A stretch of 64,000 nucleotides of DNA, from positions 31,465 through 95,464 of the forward strand of contig JAQUPD010000004.1 in NCBI GenBank assembly GCA_028716785.1, given 5' to 3'. The notes beneath the pieces were generated by a model that was not told the origin of the DNA, did not search any database, and worked only from the letters and a program-made list of their open reading frames with translations. The translations under genes and the position numbers were made by a program. The stretch comes from Fidelibacterota bacterium. GTDB taxonomy: Bacteria; Fidelibacterota; Fidelibacteria; Fidelibacterales; Fidelibacteraceae. Below, piece by piece: positions 16,009-24,736 of the stretch (within the stretch, counting starts at the first letter, position 1; the number at the start of each line of letters is the position of its first letter).

Positions 16009-17966
16009 TCGGCGATATCCTTCAAAAATTTTTCGAAAAAGAGCATGGCACTTTGAATATAAAAATTACTGTTTGATTTTTTGCTAAAACCATGCCCTTC
16101 ATCTTTTGCCAAAAGATACCATGTTTCAACATTATTTGCCTTAACGACTTTTAAAATTTGTTCTGCTTCACTCGCAGGAACCCGAGGGTCATTAAGGCCT
16201 TGCACAATAAAGAGGGGAGAAGAAATTTTATGAGCATTATTTACAGGTGCGATGGATTCTAGAAAAGCACGCATTTCAGGATCTCGTTCATCGCCGTATT
16301 CTGCTCGACGTAAATCTTGGCGATAAGGCTGAGTATTCTCCAAAAAAGTCACAAAATTGCTAATTCCAACCTCATCCACACCCGCTCGTATGCGATCGCT
16401 ATAATGGGTTAGACTGGCTAAAACCATGTATCCTCCATAAGAACCTCCCCACACAGCAACGCGATTTTCGTCGAGTTCAGGCTGTTGAGCAATCCAATCC
16501 AGAAGAGCGCCAATATCGTATACAGAGTGTTCTCGTTTATACCCATTATCTAAGAGCAAATATGATTTTCCATAACCTGATGAGCCTCGGACATTTGGGG
16601 CAAGGATAGAAATCCCCATTTCATTGAGAATATACTGAAAGGTTGAGGAAAAAGAGGGTCTGAATTGACTTTCAGGACCTCCATGGATATTGATAATTAC
16701 AGGCATTTTTTCTTCGGTTGATTTAGCTTTATAGTAAAAAGCGGGAATTTGCCGGGGTGTTCCATCTGGAAGAGAATCAAACGTTGGATAGTGAATAAGG
16801 GTTGGCGCAACAAATGTTTCTGTATTTAATCCACCTACTTCACTATATGTCCATCTTGAAAGCGTTTCATTTGTAAGACGTATCGAATAAACATCTGTAG
16901 GATGTGTAGGTGTATTTAAACTGAAAGCAAGCTCAGTCCCATTTTTATTAAATCGGAGTCCGCTAATAATGCCATCGGGTAAGGGAGGAATATTTAAGTA
17001 GCTTCCTGTTTGGAGGTTTTGAACGGATAAGCGACTTAAACCATCTTCATTGGTTACCCAGGCCAAGAGCATTCCATCAGGACTAAGTGTAAAACTGCTT
17101 ACATCCCAGGAAGTTTTTATTGGAAGCGTTTCTACGCGACCTGACGCCACATCATAGGTTCGTAAAGTTTGAAATTCTAAATCCTCATCTGAAAGAAAGA
17201 AAATTTTATCGCCTCTTGGGAACCATTTGGCATCTCCATAGGCAATTTTTTTAGGAGAGGGATTCATAGGAATCAATTCGCCGCTAGCTACATCAAGAAT
17301 ATGAAGATACGATTCATTGATAGAAATATAATTTAGGAGGATTAATTTTGCATTGGAAGGCGACCAGCTTAGGGGTTCCCAATACCCTTCCAATTGAGAT
17401 ACCATTTTTGCTTTGGGAAGGTCCGTTGCTTCAGCAATATAAATGTCATAGTCTTTCCCATTTCGTTGTGTCCCAGAATAAGCAAGAAGGGAACCATCGT
17501 GTGACCACAGAGGAGTTCCGTGTCGGGATTTCCCATTCGTAAGCATGGTAAGGGTTCCATCCTCTAAATTCATTGAAAAAAGTTGATATGCCTCGTTACC
17601 GCCCACATCTTTCATAAAGACAATAAGGGGATTCTTTGCGTTGGGACATACTGCTGCTTCTGACACAGGTTCATTAAAAAAAGTCAACTGATATCGTGCG
17701 CCCCCTGGAAAATTTACACGGTGAAGCTGAGATGTCTCACCGAAACGGGTAGAGATAAGAATACCGTCGTTAGGTAACCAATCTTGGAGTGATGCTGAGC
17801 GGACATTTTGGTATTGACTCAGCCGTTCTTTGAGGGATTCAGGGATTGGAGGAATATTTTCCATCACTAAGTTACCGGATTCAATGCGCTTATTCTCCTC
17901 AACATTCCCACATGCTCCTAACAAAACGATAAGACTTAGAAGTGCTATTAATCGGACCTGTTTCAT
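16005..17966 (-). CDS. S9-family serine peptidase (prolyl oligopeptidase / dipeptidyl peptidase type) with N-terminal beta-propeller; probable lipoprotein
   Basis: The ORF extends to 18005. I prefer the ATG at 17966, which gives MKQVRLIALLSLIVLLGACGN with a lipobox and has GAGGG upstream. The nucleophile motif is GGSYGGY. The C-terminal alpha/beta-hydrolase part carries D and H residues (LAKDEGHGF). Confidence 0.8.
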   Translation of the reverse strand: MKQVRLIALLSLIVLLGACGNVEENKRIESGNLVMENIPPIPESLKERLSQYQNVRSASLQDWLPNDGILISTRFGETSQLHRVNFPGGARYQLTFFNEPVSEAAVCPNAKNPLIVFMKDVGGNEAYQLFSMNLEDGTLTMLTNGKSRHGTPLWSHDGSLLAYSGTQRNGKDYDIYIAEATDLPKAKMVSQLEGYWEPLSWSPSNAKLILLNYISINESYLHILDVASGELIPMNPSPKKIAYGDAKWFPRGDKIFFLSDEDLEFQTLRTYDVASGRVETLPIKTSWDVSSFTLSPDGMLLAWVTNEDGLSRLSVQNLQTGSYLNIPPLPDGIISGLRFNKNGTELAFSLNTPTHPTDVYSIRLTNETLSRWTYSEVGGLNTETFVAPTLIHYPTFDSLPDGTPRQIPAFYYKAKSTEEKMPVIINIHGGPESQFRPSFSSTFQYILNEMGISILAPNVRGSSGYGKSYLLLDNGYKREHSVYDIGALLDWIAQQPELDENRVAVWGGSYGGYMVLASLTHYSDRIRAGVDEVGISNFVTFLENTQPYRQDLRRAEYGDERDPEMRAFLESIAPVNNAHKISSPLFIVQGLNDPRVPASEAEQILKVVKANNVETWYLLAKDEGHGFSKKSNSNFYIQSAMLFFEKFLKDIAE

Positions 17967-18126
17967 GGCAAAACCCTCATTTTTTACTCTTTTTTCAATA
18001 TCCAAAATAAAGAAGAATAAGGAAAAGAGAAAGGAAAAGAGAAGGCGATATTGTCCATTTATGCAGAGTAAAAATTAGATTTATCATCATCTTTATAACA
18101 CGACTTGAAACATCATCACTACCGAA

Positions 18127-18204
18127 TGGTGGGAGCTACAAGATTCGAACTTGTGACCCCCTGCTTGTAAGGCAGGTGCTCTAGACCAGCTGAGCTAAGC
18201 TCCC
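18127..18204 (-). tRNA. tRNA-Val (anticodon UAC), CCA encoded
   Basis: The reverse complement GGGAGCTTAGCTCAGCTGGTCTAGAGCACCTGCCTTACAAGCAGGGGGTCACAAGTTCGAATCTTGTAGCTCCCACCA folds as a cloverleaf. Acceptor stem 7 bp, anticodon stem CCTGC/GCAGG, loop CTTACAA, T-arm ACAAG-TTCGAAT-CTTGT. Confidence 0.95.
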
Positions 18205-18221
18205 TTTCAAAAAAGCGTGAA

Positions 18222-18250
18222 ATATTACAATAGGGGGACATTTAATGCAA
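18222..18250 (-). promoter_or_regulatory. Candidate sigma-70-type promoter of tRNA-Val
   Basis: On the minus strand: TTGCAT (18250-18245), 17-nt spacer, TAATAT (18227-18222). This is 17 nt upstream of the tRNA 5' end. Confidence 0.5.
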
Positions 18251-18510
18251 GTGAAAAGTAGAGGACTTACGGTGTGTCCAAGAGAACCTATTACGGGGTG
18301 AAGAAATGTTGAATGCTGTGTTCAAAATCCTCTTAAACGGGTGATCTCAATACCATACGATGGGCAATAATTTTAGTTTAATCGTCTCCTAAATCCACTG
18401 TTGAAAAGTACCATCAAAGGCATTTATATTTTCTTTTTTATTCATTATCATTTAAATGATATGTGTGTCTTTGGAATTCACTCAAATGCATTATTTTTGT
18501 AAGTTCATCT

Positions 18511-19176
18511 ATGGATTATCCCCTTTATCCAATGTCTGCAGATAATAATGCTTTTTTGGAAATTGCTCCTGGCGTGTGGGTGATGGATGATCATAAATGG
18601 GCTTTTTATGTGTGGTGTCTAAAACGTGAACAGTTACCTAAAGTACTCTTTCACATGGATTATCACTGGGATAACGCGGATAATTTTACAGACGCAGACT
18701 CCGTGTTGTATGATTATATAGAATATCCTGAAAAATTGAAAAAAATCCTTTCAAAAGATCACCTTATTCGCAAGGATTCCTTTATTGCACCCGCTATTCG
18801 GACAGACTTTTTTCGGGAAGTCCACTTTTATTGTTATCAACGGAACACCCCACAAGGACTCGATCCTCTTATTTTACAGAAAAAAAAGGTCCGACAATAT
18901 CTTCATAAAACGCTTGACGACGTTCTTGAAAAAATTATTCCAAACGAAACAGCCTTTGATCTTGATCTTGATTTTTTTAACTGGTCTCCCCTTTTTGGTA
19001 AAGGAAATTTATGGTCTGATGAAAAAATTTTACAGGTATTATTCCACTTGAAAGATATTATTAAAAAGTCACCTTTAATAACTCTTGCTTTATCTTATTT
19101 TTATTCGGGGGACGTAGAAGATACACATCATTTGGCAGAGATTATTCTTCCTTTGATTCTTTCTTGGAGGAGGTAA
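18511..19176 (+). CDS. Hypothetical protein (possibly UPF0489-like)
   Basis: The ORF track starts at GTG 18463. The ATG at 18511 (MDYPLYPM...) is more plausible. Motifs are VMDDHKWAFYVW and FHMDYHWDNAD. The family assignment is tentative. Confidence 0.55.
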   Translation: MDYPLYPMSADNNAFLEIAPGVWVMDDHKWAFYVWCLKREQLPKVLFHMDYHWDNADNFTDADSVLYDYIEYPEKLKKILSKDHLIRKDSFIAPAIRTDFFREVHFYCYQRNTPQGLDPLILQKKKVRQYLHKTLDDVLEKIIPNETAFDLDLDFFNWSPLFGKGNLWSDEKILQVLFHLKDIIKKSPLITLALSYFYSGDVEDTHHLAEIILPLILSWRR

Positions 19177-19710
19177 TTAATCCCTATGCTTTTTAAAAGA
19201 CGTCGCCAGCGTATGTAAATTTTCGCCACTGATCCGCAAAGTAACCCAATCATCCATGGTATTTGCTCCCAAAGCGCGATAAAAATCTAATGATTGAGTG
19301 TTCCATTTTAAACAGGACCATTCAAATCGGCCACAATGACGTTCAAGGGTAAGATGTGCCAAATAGGCCATCATAACTTTTCCAATGCCTCGCCCTCGAT
19401 AGGCAGGGTAGACAAAAATATCCTCAAGATAAAGTCCTGGTTTTGAAACAAAGGTGGAGTAATTATGAAAAAAGAGGGCAAATCCCACAGCCCTTCCATC
19501 CAGTTCTGCAAAGATTACCTCTGCAAAGGCTCTTTTGCCAAAAAGCGTTTCTTTTATACTCTCTTCCGTTGCTTCTACATCAAGGCTCATTTTTTCGTAC
19601 TCTGCTAATGCTTTAATAAATGCTAAAATCTGTTCCACATCATTTTCAGAGGCAAAACGAAGAGATACCCCAGGTATTTTTGTCTGTATCATCTTTCCCT
19701 CATTTTTCAT
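19177..19710 (-). CDS. GNAT-family N-acetyltransferase (diamine/spermidine acetyltransferase-like)
   Basis: 177 aa with acetyl-CoA motif YRGRGIGKVMM. Its stop abuts the stop of the convergent 18511-19176 gene with no spacer. Confidence 0.8.
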   Translation of the reverse strand: MKNEGKMIQTKIPGVSLRFASENDVEQILAFIKALAEYEKMSLDVEATEESIKETLFGKRAFAEVIFAELDGRAVGFALFFHNYSTFVSKPGLYLEDIFVYPAYRGRGIGKVMMAYLAHLTLERHCGRFEWSCLKWNTQSLDFYRALGANTMDDWVTLRISGENLHTLATSFKKHRD

Positions 19711-19763
19711 GCAATCTAAGCTATATCAAAGATTTACGCAAGAATGTCCCTTACTTTTTTCAA

Positions 19764-19892
19764 TGTGGATAACTTGTGATATTAGTTAAGAAAATAAAAT
19801 AATATTATATTTTAACTCGTTGTTAATCAACATAATATAACCTCGTCAATTTTATTGGAGAAGCCACATTTATCCACATAGGATGTGTATAA
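19764..19892. promoter_or_regulatory. Cluster of three DnaA-box 9-mers in an AT-rich divergent intergenic region
   Basis: TGTGGATAA (19764-19772, the reverse complement of TTATCCACA), TTATCCACA (19870-19878) and TGTGTATAA (19884-19892, the reverse complement of TTATACACA). All fit TTATNCACA. Confidence 0.5.
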
Positions 19893-20069
19893 GTTCGTCA
19901 TACTTTGGCTATCTCTCTGCTAGCAAAGAAGATATAGACATTAACAATAGATTAAATCATAGTATAATTTAAATACTATCATTTTATATATTTCTTTTTT
20001 AAATTGTCCTCATATCTTTTTTTCATAGGTGTAAAAGTGTAAATTCCTGTAACAAAAAAGGAAATATCC

Positions 20070-20912
20070 ATGATCTTAGCCTGGGTTCATGATTTAAAGC
20101 CCTATCTTTTTAAGATTGGAAATTTTGAGGTTCGCTATTATGGTCTTATGTATGTTATAGGGTTTATTTTCTTTTATCTTTGGATGAAACGTGTAATTCG
20201 CCGAGGGGAGTTAAAAATGACTGAAAAGCAGCTTGATTCTCTTTTTACCGGTGGAATTTTAAGCGTTTTGATTGGGGGAAGGTTGGGATATGTGCTTTTT
20301 TATAATCTTTCTTGGTATATAAAACATCCCCTGGAAATTTTTATGACATGGCATGGGGGGATGTCTTTTCATGGCGGTGCTATTGCCGTTATCCTTTTTG
20401 TTATTTGGTTTTCACGGAAACAGGGGATTGATTTTTGGGAATTAATTGGGGAATGCGCTACGATTGTGCCACTTGGACTTTTTTTGGGTCGGCTTGGGAA
20501 TTTTATCAATGGAGAATTGTGGGGACGCCCAACGAATGTCCCCTGGGCAGTAATTTTTCCTGCTGCTGGCAATGTACCACGCCATCCCTCCCAGCTCTAT
20601 GAAGCCTTGATGGAAGGATTATTCCTCTTTCTTTTTCTCCTATGGCTCCGGAAAAAGGGGGCATCAGGGTATGTGAAATTTGCCGCTGGACTTATTTTTT
20701 ATGGCGTGGGACGCTTTATCGTTGAATTTTTTCGCGAACCCGATGAACAATTGGGATTTATATTTTTTAACTGGCTTACCATGGGACAACTACTCTGTCT
20801 GGTGATGATTGTGGGCGGAATTACGGTCCTGCTTGTAAAGAAAAACCCTCAGACGATAAACAACGTTTCAATAGAATCCCCGCCAAAGAAGCGTCACTCA
20901 ATAAAAAAATAG
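20070..20912 (+). CDS. lgt: Prolipoprotein diacylglyceryl transferase
   Basis: 280 aa with YGLMYVIGF, GGMSFHGG and GRLGNFINGELWGRPT, which are Lgt signatures. Confidence 0.9.
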   Translation: MILAWVHDLKPYLFKIGNFEVRYYGLMYVIGFIFFYLWMKRVIRRGELKMTEKQLDSLFTGGILSVLIGGRLGYVLFYNLSWYIKHPLEIFMTWHGGMSFHGGAIAVILFVIWFSRKQGIDFWELIGECATIVPLGLFLGRLGNFINGELWGRPTNVPWAVIFPAAGNVPRHPSQLYEALMEGLFLFLFLLWLRKKGASGYVKFAAGLIFYGVGRFIVEFFREPDEQLGFIFFNWLTMGQLLCLVMIVGGITVLLVKKNPQTINNVSIESPPKKRHSIKK

Positions 20913-21014
20913 AGAGAGCGTTTCCATTTATTTATCATAAAAGGAGATATGAAAAGTAAAAACAATTCGTTTTGATAACATTTAACCAATTTTCTTACGA
21001 GGAAAGAGCATTCT

Positions 21015-21968
21015 ATGTTACATCGAGAATATATCCGACTCAAGAGTCAACATAATAAGCATCTTTCGTATTGTGTCGCTACTTTAATGCTTTTGTGTAT
21101 GGTTATTGGGAGTTTTAATACATGTTCACGGGCACAGACTCCCATTCCTAAAGAAGCCATTTACGATAAAGCTGATTTTGGGACACGGATTCCTTACCAA
21201 AAGGCTCATTCTGATCTTACGGCCCAATTTAATAGATATATGAAGGGAGATAGTGTATACCTTGTAATAAATGATACAAGTGTCACAGCCTATAAGACGG
21301 ATAATCAAAGGTTTCTAAAAAAAGTAATAGCGCCAGCTTTAGAGCCTTATTTGGATGAGCTCTCTGGGTTATCGCCTTCAGAAATAATTAATGAGCTGGC
21401 ACTTTTTACCTTTAATATGTATCAAGCTTATTTTGGAAACTCTTTTTATCGGTGGGGTGGTGATCTTTTTGATCTGGATGATCCTCAATTTCGTGGAAAT
21501 ACAAGTCATAAACGCTATGGCCTTGATTGCTCAGGTTTTGTAATGGCACCTTTTGATTTAGCGGTCTATTTTGACCTGCTTGAAGATTCTGCGGCAATTT
21601 TTTCTTCTCAAGGATTTAGATATTTTTGTGAAAAAACAGGTTTTCAAGACAGTGGAGGGTTTGGAGGATCCCCCAATAATTTTCGAATAGACACGCGAGA
21701 AATGATTTTCCTGGGAGATGAGGTTTTTCACATTGAAAAAGGGGAATCCCTCTCGCTTGAAAATCTTAAAAAACTACAACCAGGAGATGTTGTTTGTCGA
21801 AAAGGTCATGCCGGGATGATTGTTTTTATTAAAGAGCATCCTTATTACATTGAATCAGGGGGACGAATTGTTCCTTCAGCTGGAGGATATCCCGTAAAGG
21901 CAGAGGTTGCCCTCCCACTTTTTGCAAAAAACAGGCCTGTCAGTATCAGGCGGGGCCTTTTGCAATAA
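21015..21968 (+). CDS. NlpC/P60 (C40) family peptidase-like protein
   Basis: 317 aa with an N-terminal hydrophobic segment. YGLDCSGFV is the catalytic Cys motif and GHAGMIVF the downstream His. Confidence 0.65.
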   Translation: MLHREYIRLKSQHNKHLSYCVATLMLLCMVIGSFNTCSRAQTPIPKEAIYDKADFGTRIPYQKAHSDLTAQFNRYMKGDSVYLVINDTSVTAYKTDNQRFLKKVIAPALEPYLDELSGLSPSEIINELALFTFNMYQAYFGNSFYRWGGDLFDLDDPQFRGNTSHKRYGLDCSGFVMAPFDLAVYFDLLEDSAAIFSSQGFRYFCEKTGFQDSGGFGGSPNNFRIDTREMIFLGDEVFHIEKGESLSLENLKKLQPGDVVCRKGHAGMIVFIKEHPYYIESGGRIVPSAGGYPVKAEVALPLFAKNRPVSIRRGLLQ

Positions 21969-23229
21969 GAAACCAAGAAATGAATATTTCGTGATGAAAT
22001 ACATCTCATGTTAGAACTTTTTGAGAGCAAGATATGCTTTTATAAAATGGATCAACAATTTTTCACCATATAGTCATGATAATTAGCATGTGAAGAAGAT
22101 GTTTATAAATCATTATTTTTTGATGCTTTAGTAAAATTGACAACGTTTTGACATACAAATGTCTGAACTTTGTTGGGTATGACACGAAATTTGGGATAGC
22201 CTTGGAGGGGCCATCGTGACACCGAAGGATTAGAGAAAGTATTGGAAGCTCAAGAAAACAGATGGTAGAAATGATAAGCACACCAAGAAAGGGAAAGACT
22301 CAAAGGTTTTCCCTATTCAATTTCTCAATCAATAATGTCCTATCTATTCGACAGACTTACGTTAAAACGTACATTAGAATACTTCTTAGAGCTGAATAAC
22401 ATTCTATTTTTCCTTATCATAATATGTATGACCTCCACTACCTGAACATTATCCTACCTGAACATTTTAGAAAATTTCTGATGTTTAGTACTATCAATCT
22501 ACTTGCTATAACTAAAATCAATCAAATTATTCATTATTAATAAAAAGATTCTTCATATAAATTGTAGACTGAACGGTTACACATTTTGTGCTTTACTGGA
22601 TAGAAAATGAGCTTTTTATCTTTTCTACTCGATGGCATTTGATATGATATTCGATAAGTCGCATTATTCACATTTAATAACTATTCCTTTTTGAATCCTT
22701 GTTTTCATTTTAAGCCAAAAGAGAAGAATTGGGTGCGTTTTATAGAAAGAGATAGAGTGCTTAATTATTCTCATCTTTCTATTAAAATCTTCTTTAATGT
22801 CGGCCTATAATATATGAAATTAATTACCTATTCAGCCCCCCGGGGATAAAATAACCCCTTCTTCGTCAAAAAGCAAGATTATATTGATAATCATATATTG
22901 AATAGATATTTATTTAAATCGGCTTAAAAGGAAATACAAGCAGGTTTATGAAAAGATGACGGAGGACAGAGAATAGAGATGTGAAATCATTTATCAATGT
23001 TCCTCATTCTGGTTTGAATCAGAGTGTACGCCTTTGCAGATATCTCCTGGTTTTATCGATAAACCATCTGCATCTGTTTTCCTCAACACTTTTAATTCTT
23101 TGACACACTATCATGGAGTTCTGAGTTCAGCCCATGATCCTCTCGCGATGGATAAGATCTGATATAGCCTTTATGACATTTTCTGTCATATCCTTCGGAA
23201 ATATTTAGGGGGATGGACACAGCTGAATG

Positions 23230-23403
23230 GTGAATTGGATCACGAAATCCAACATCCCTACCTTCTGAACGTCTCTATACACATCCGTGGCAACCCTCAT
23301 CCCACTTTCCAAGCATCACTGTCTTCAAAACTCCCTCCCTCCACCATTTCCCAACTTTTTGAAGTGCCACGTGTTGCGCTTAATTGTTGAATCCGGGAAA
23401 TAT
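23230..23403 (+). repeat. Copy B of the ~165-bp noncoding repeat (element X)
   Basis: See 6077-6237. It contains the hairpin TTGGAT-CACGAA-ATCCAA and the pyrimidine-rich core CTCCCTCCCTCCACC. It ends 93 nt upstream of the small ORF at 23497. Confidence 0.65.
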
Positions 23404-23496
23404 CTACTAAAAATTTCATTCTTTCAAGATCCGTTCATTCTTTTGTCCGTGCTATAAAACGTGTATATTATTTTAAAAGATTGATCAGGAGACAGA

Positions 23497-23670
23497 ATGA
23501 AAGTTCCAAGACCGGGAAAATATGTCATCAATGAGGGAGATGAAGATAAACAGTTTGATTTTACAAAGTATCGTCGTAGACACAAATCTCCTCGAACGTT
23601 GTGGGGATCTCTTATAATGCTGATTATTCTTATTGTTGTTTATTTTTTTCTTCAAAGTTTAATCAAGTGA
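23497..23670 (+). CDS. Small membrane protein (57 aa), below the ORF-track length cut-off
   Basis: The ATG at 23497 is preceded by AGGAG (about 6 nt spacing). It reads MKVPRPGKYVINEGDEDKQFDFTKYRRRHKSPRTLWGSLIMLIILIVVYFFLQSLIK, with one C-terminal TM helix after a basic stretch. The TGA at 23668-23670 lies 7 nt before the ftcD start. Confidence 0.45.
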   Translation: MKVPRPGKYVINEGDEDKQFDFTKYRRRHKSPRTLWGSLIMLIILIVVYFFLQSLIK

Positions 23671-23677
23671 GGCATAT

Positions 23678-24730
23678 ATGAAACTCGTAGAATGTGTCCC
23701 TAATTTTAGTGAAGGTCGAAACAAAAAGATTATTGATGAAATTGTCCGAGAAATTGAATCGGTCCAAGGTGTAAAAGTACTTGATGTAGATCCTGGTGTA
23801 GATACTAACCGCACTGTTGTCACTTTTGTTGGGGAACCGGAGGCTGTTTTAGAAGGAGCCTTTTGTGGTATTAAAGCTGCTTCAGAAAGGATTGACATGC
23901 GGTTGCATAAAGGTGTTCATCCTCGCTTAGGCGCAACAGATGTATGTCCTTTTGTTCCTCTTGCAAATGTTTCTGTCGAAGAGTGTATTAACTTAGCTAA
24001 ACGATTAGGGAAGCGGGTCGCAAATGACCTTAGCATTCCCATCTACCTTTACGAAAAAGCAGCAACACGACCTGAAAGACGCAATTTGGAAGAAATTCGT
24101 GCTGGAGAATATGAGGGTCTTCCTAAAAAACTAAACAATCCAAATTGGAAGCCTGATTTTGGCGATCCTCTGTTTAATGCACGTTCAGGGGCAACCATTA
24201 TAGGCGTGAGAGAATTATTGATTGCATATAATGTGAATCTTAATACCAAAGACCCAAAGTTGGCTCATGATATTGCATTAGATATTCGCGAAAAGGGACG
24301 AGCTAAACGAGATGAAAATGGAGAGATTGTCATTGATTCAGAAGGGAAAAAAGTTCGCATCCCGGGACGGCTTAAAGCCTGCAAAGCGGTGGGGTGGTAC
24401 ATGGAAGCTTTTCAATGTGCCCAGGTTTCAATGAATTTGACGGATTATCATGTTACACCCGTTTATGAAGCATTTGAGGCCGTGGTAGAAGAAGCAGCTA
24501 AGCGAGGATTACGCGTAACAGGCTCAGAATTGGTGGGATTAATCCCCCTCGAAGCAATGCTGCAAGTGGGGGATTACTATTTAAAACGACAAGGGAAAGC
24601 CACTGATTATCCTGAAAAAGAACGAATTCGCATAGCTGTCCAAAGTTTGGGACTTTCAGAACTCTCTCCTTTTCATCCCGAAAAAAAAATCATTGAATAT
24701 TGTATAAAAGATAAGAATTCAAATCCCTAA
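23678..24730 (+). CDS. ftcD: Glutamate formimidoyltransferase
   Basis: 350 aa. The N-terminus MKLVECVPNFSEGRN is the hallmark of the formiminotransferase domain. Confidence 0.85.
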   Translation: MKLVECVPNFSEGRNKKIIDEIVREIESVQGVKVLDVDPGVDTNRTVVTFVGEPEAVLEGAFCGIKAASERIDMRLHKGVHPRLGATDVCPFVPLANVSVEECINLAKRLGKRVANDLSIPIYLYEKAATRPERRNLEEIRAGEYEGLPKKLNNPNWKPDFGDPLFNARSGATIIGVRELLIAYNVNLNTKDPKLAHDIALDIREKGRAKRDENGEIVIDSEGKKVRIPGRLKACKAVGWYMEAFQCAQVSMNLTDYHVTPVYEAFEAVVEEAAKRGLRVTGSELVGLIPLEAMLQVGDYYLKRQGKATDYPEKERIRIAVQSLGLSELSPFHPEKKIIEYCIKDKNSNP

Positions 24731-24736
24731 ATTAGT

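Noticed and set aside
18006-18462. Genomic island or prophage integrated at tRNA-Val
   Set aside because: No integrase or phage genes flank the tRNA, and I saw no direct repeat of the tRNA 3' end in neighbouring intergenic regions.
18785-19051. 88-aa + strand ORF nested in another frame of 18511-19176
   Set aside because: It is an alternative frame of a longer ORF, Phe/Lys/Leu-rich with no features.
22063-22281. 72-aa minus-strand ORF in the ORF-poor tract
   Set aside because: It has no RBS, an Ile/Leu-rich composition as expected from AT-rich DNA, and no recognisable motif. I kept it only as part of the tract finding.
23230-23403. Element X as a protein-coding or sigma-54 promoter element
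   Set aside because: All frames carry stops in at least one copy, and the indels between copies are not multiples of 3. The TGCCAC-GTG-TTGC string has the wrong -24/-12 spacing and lacks the GG.
22995-23403. Invertible (phase-variable) promoter segment
   Set aside because: I could not find a matching pair of inverted repeats flanking a segment within the same locus. The flipped 16-mer is shared between two different loci only. No recombinase gene is nearby.
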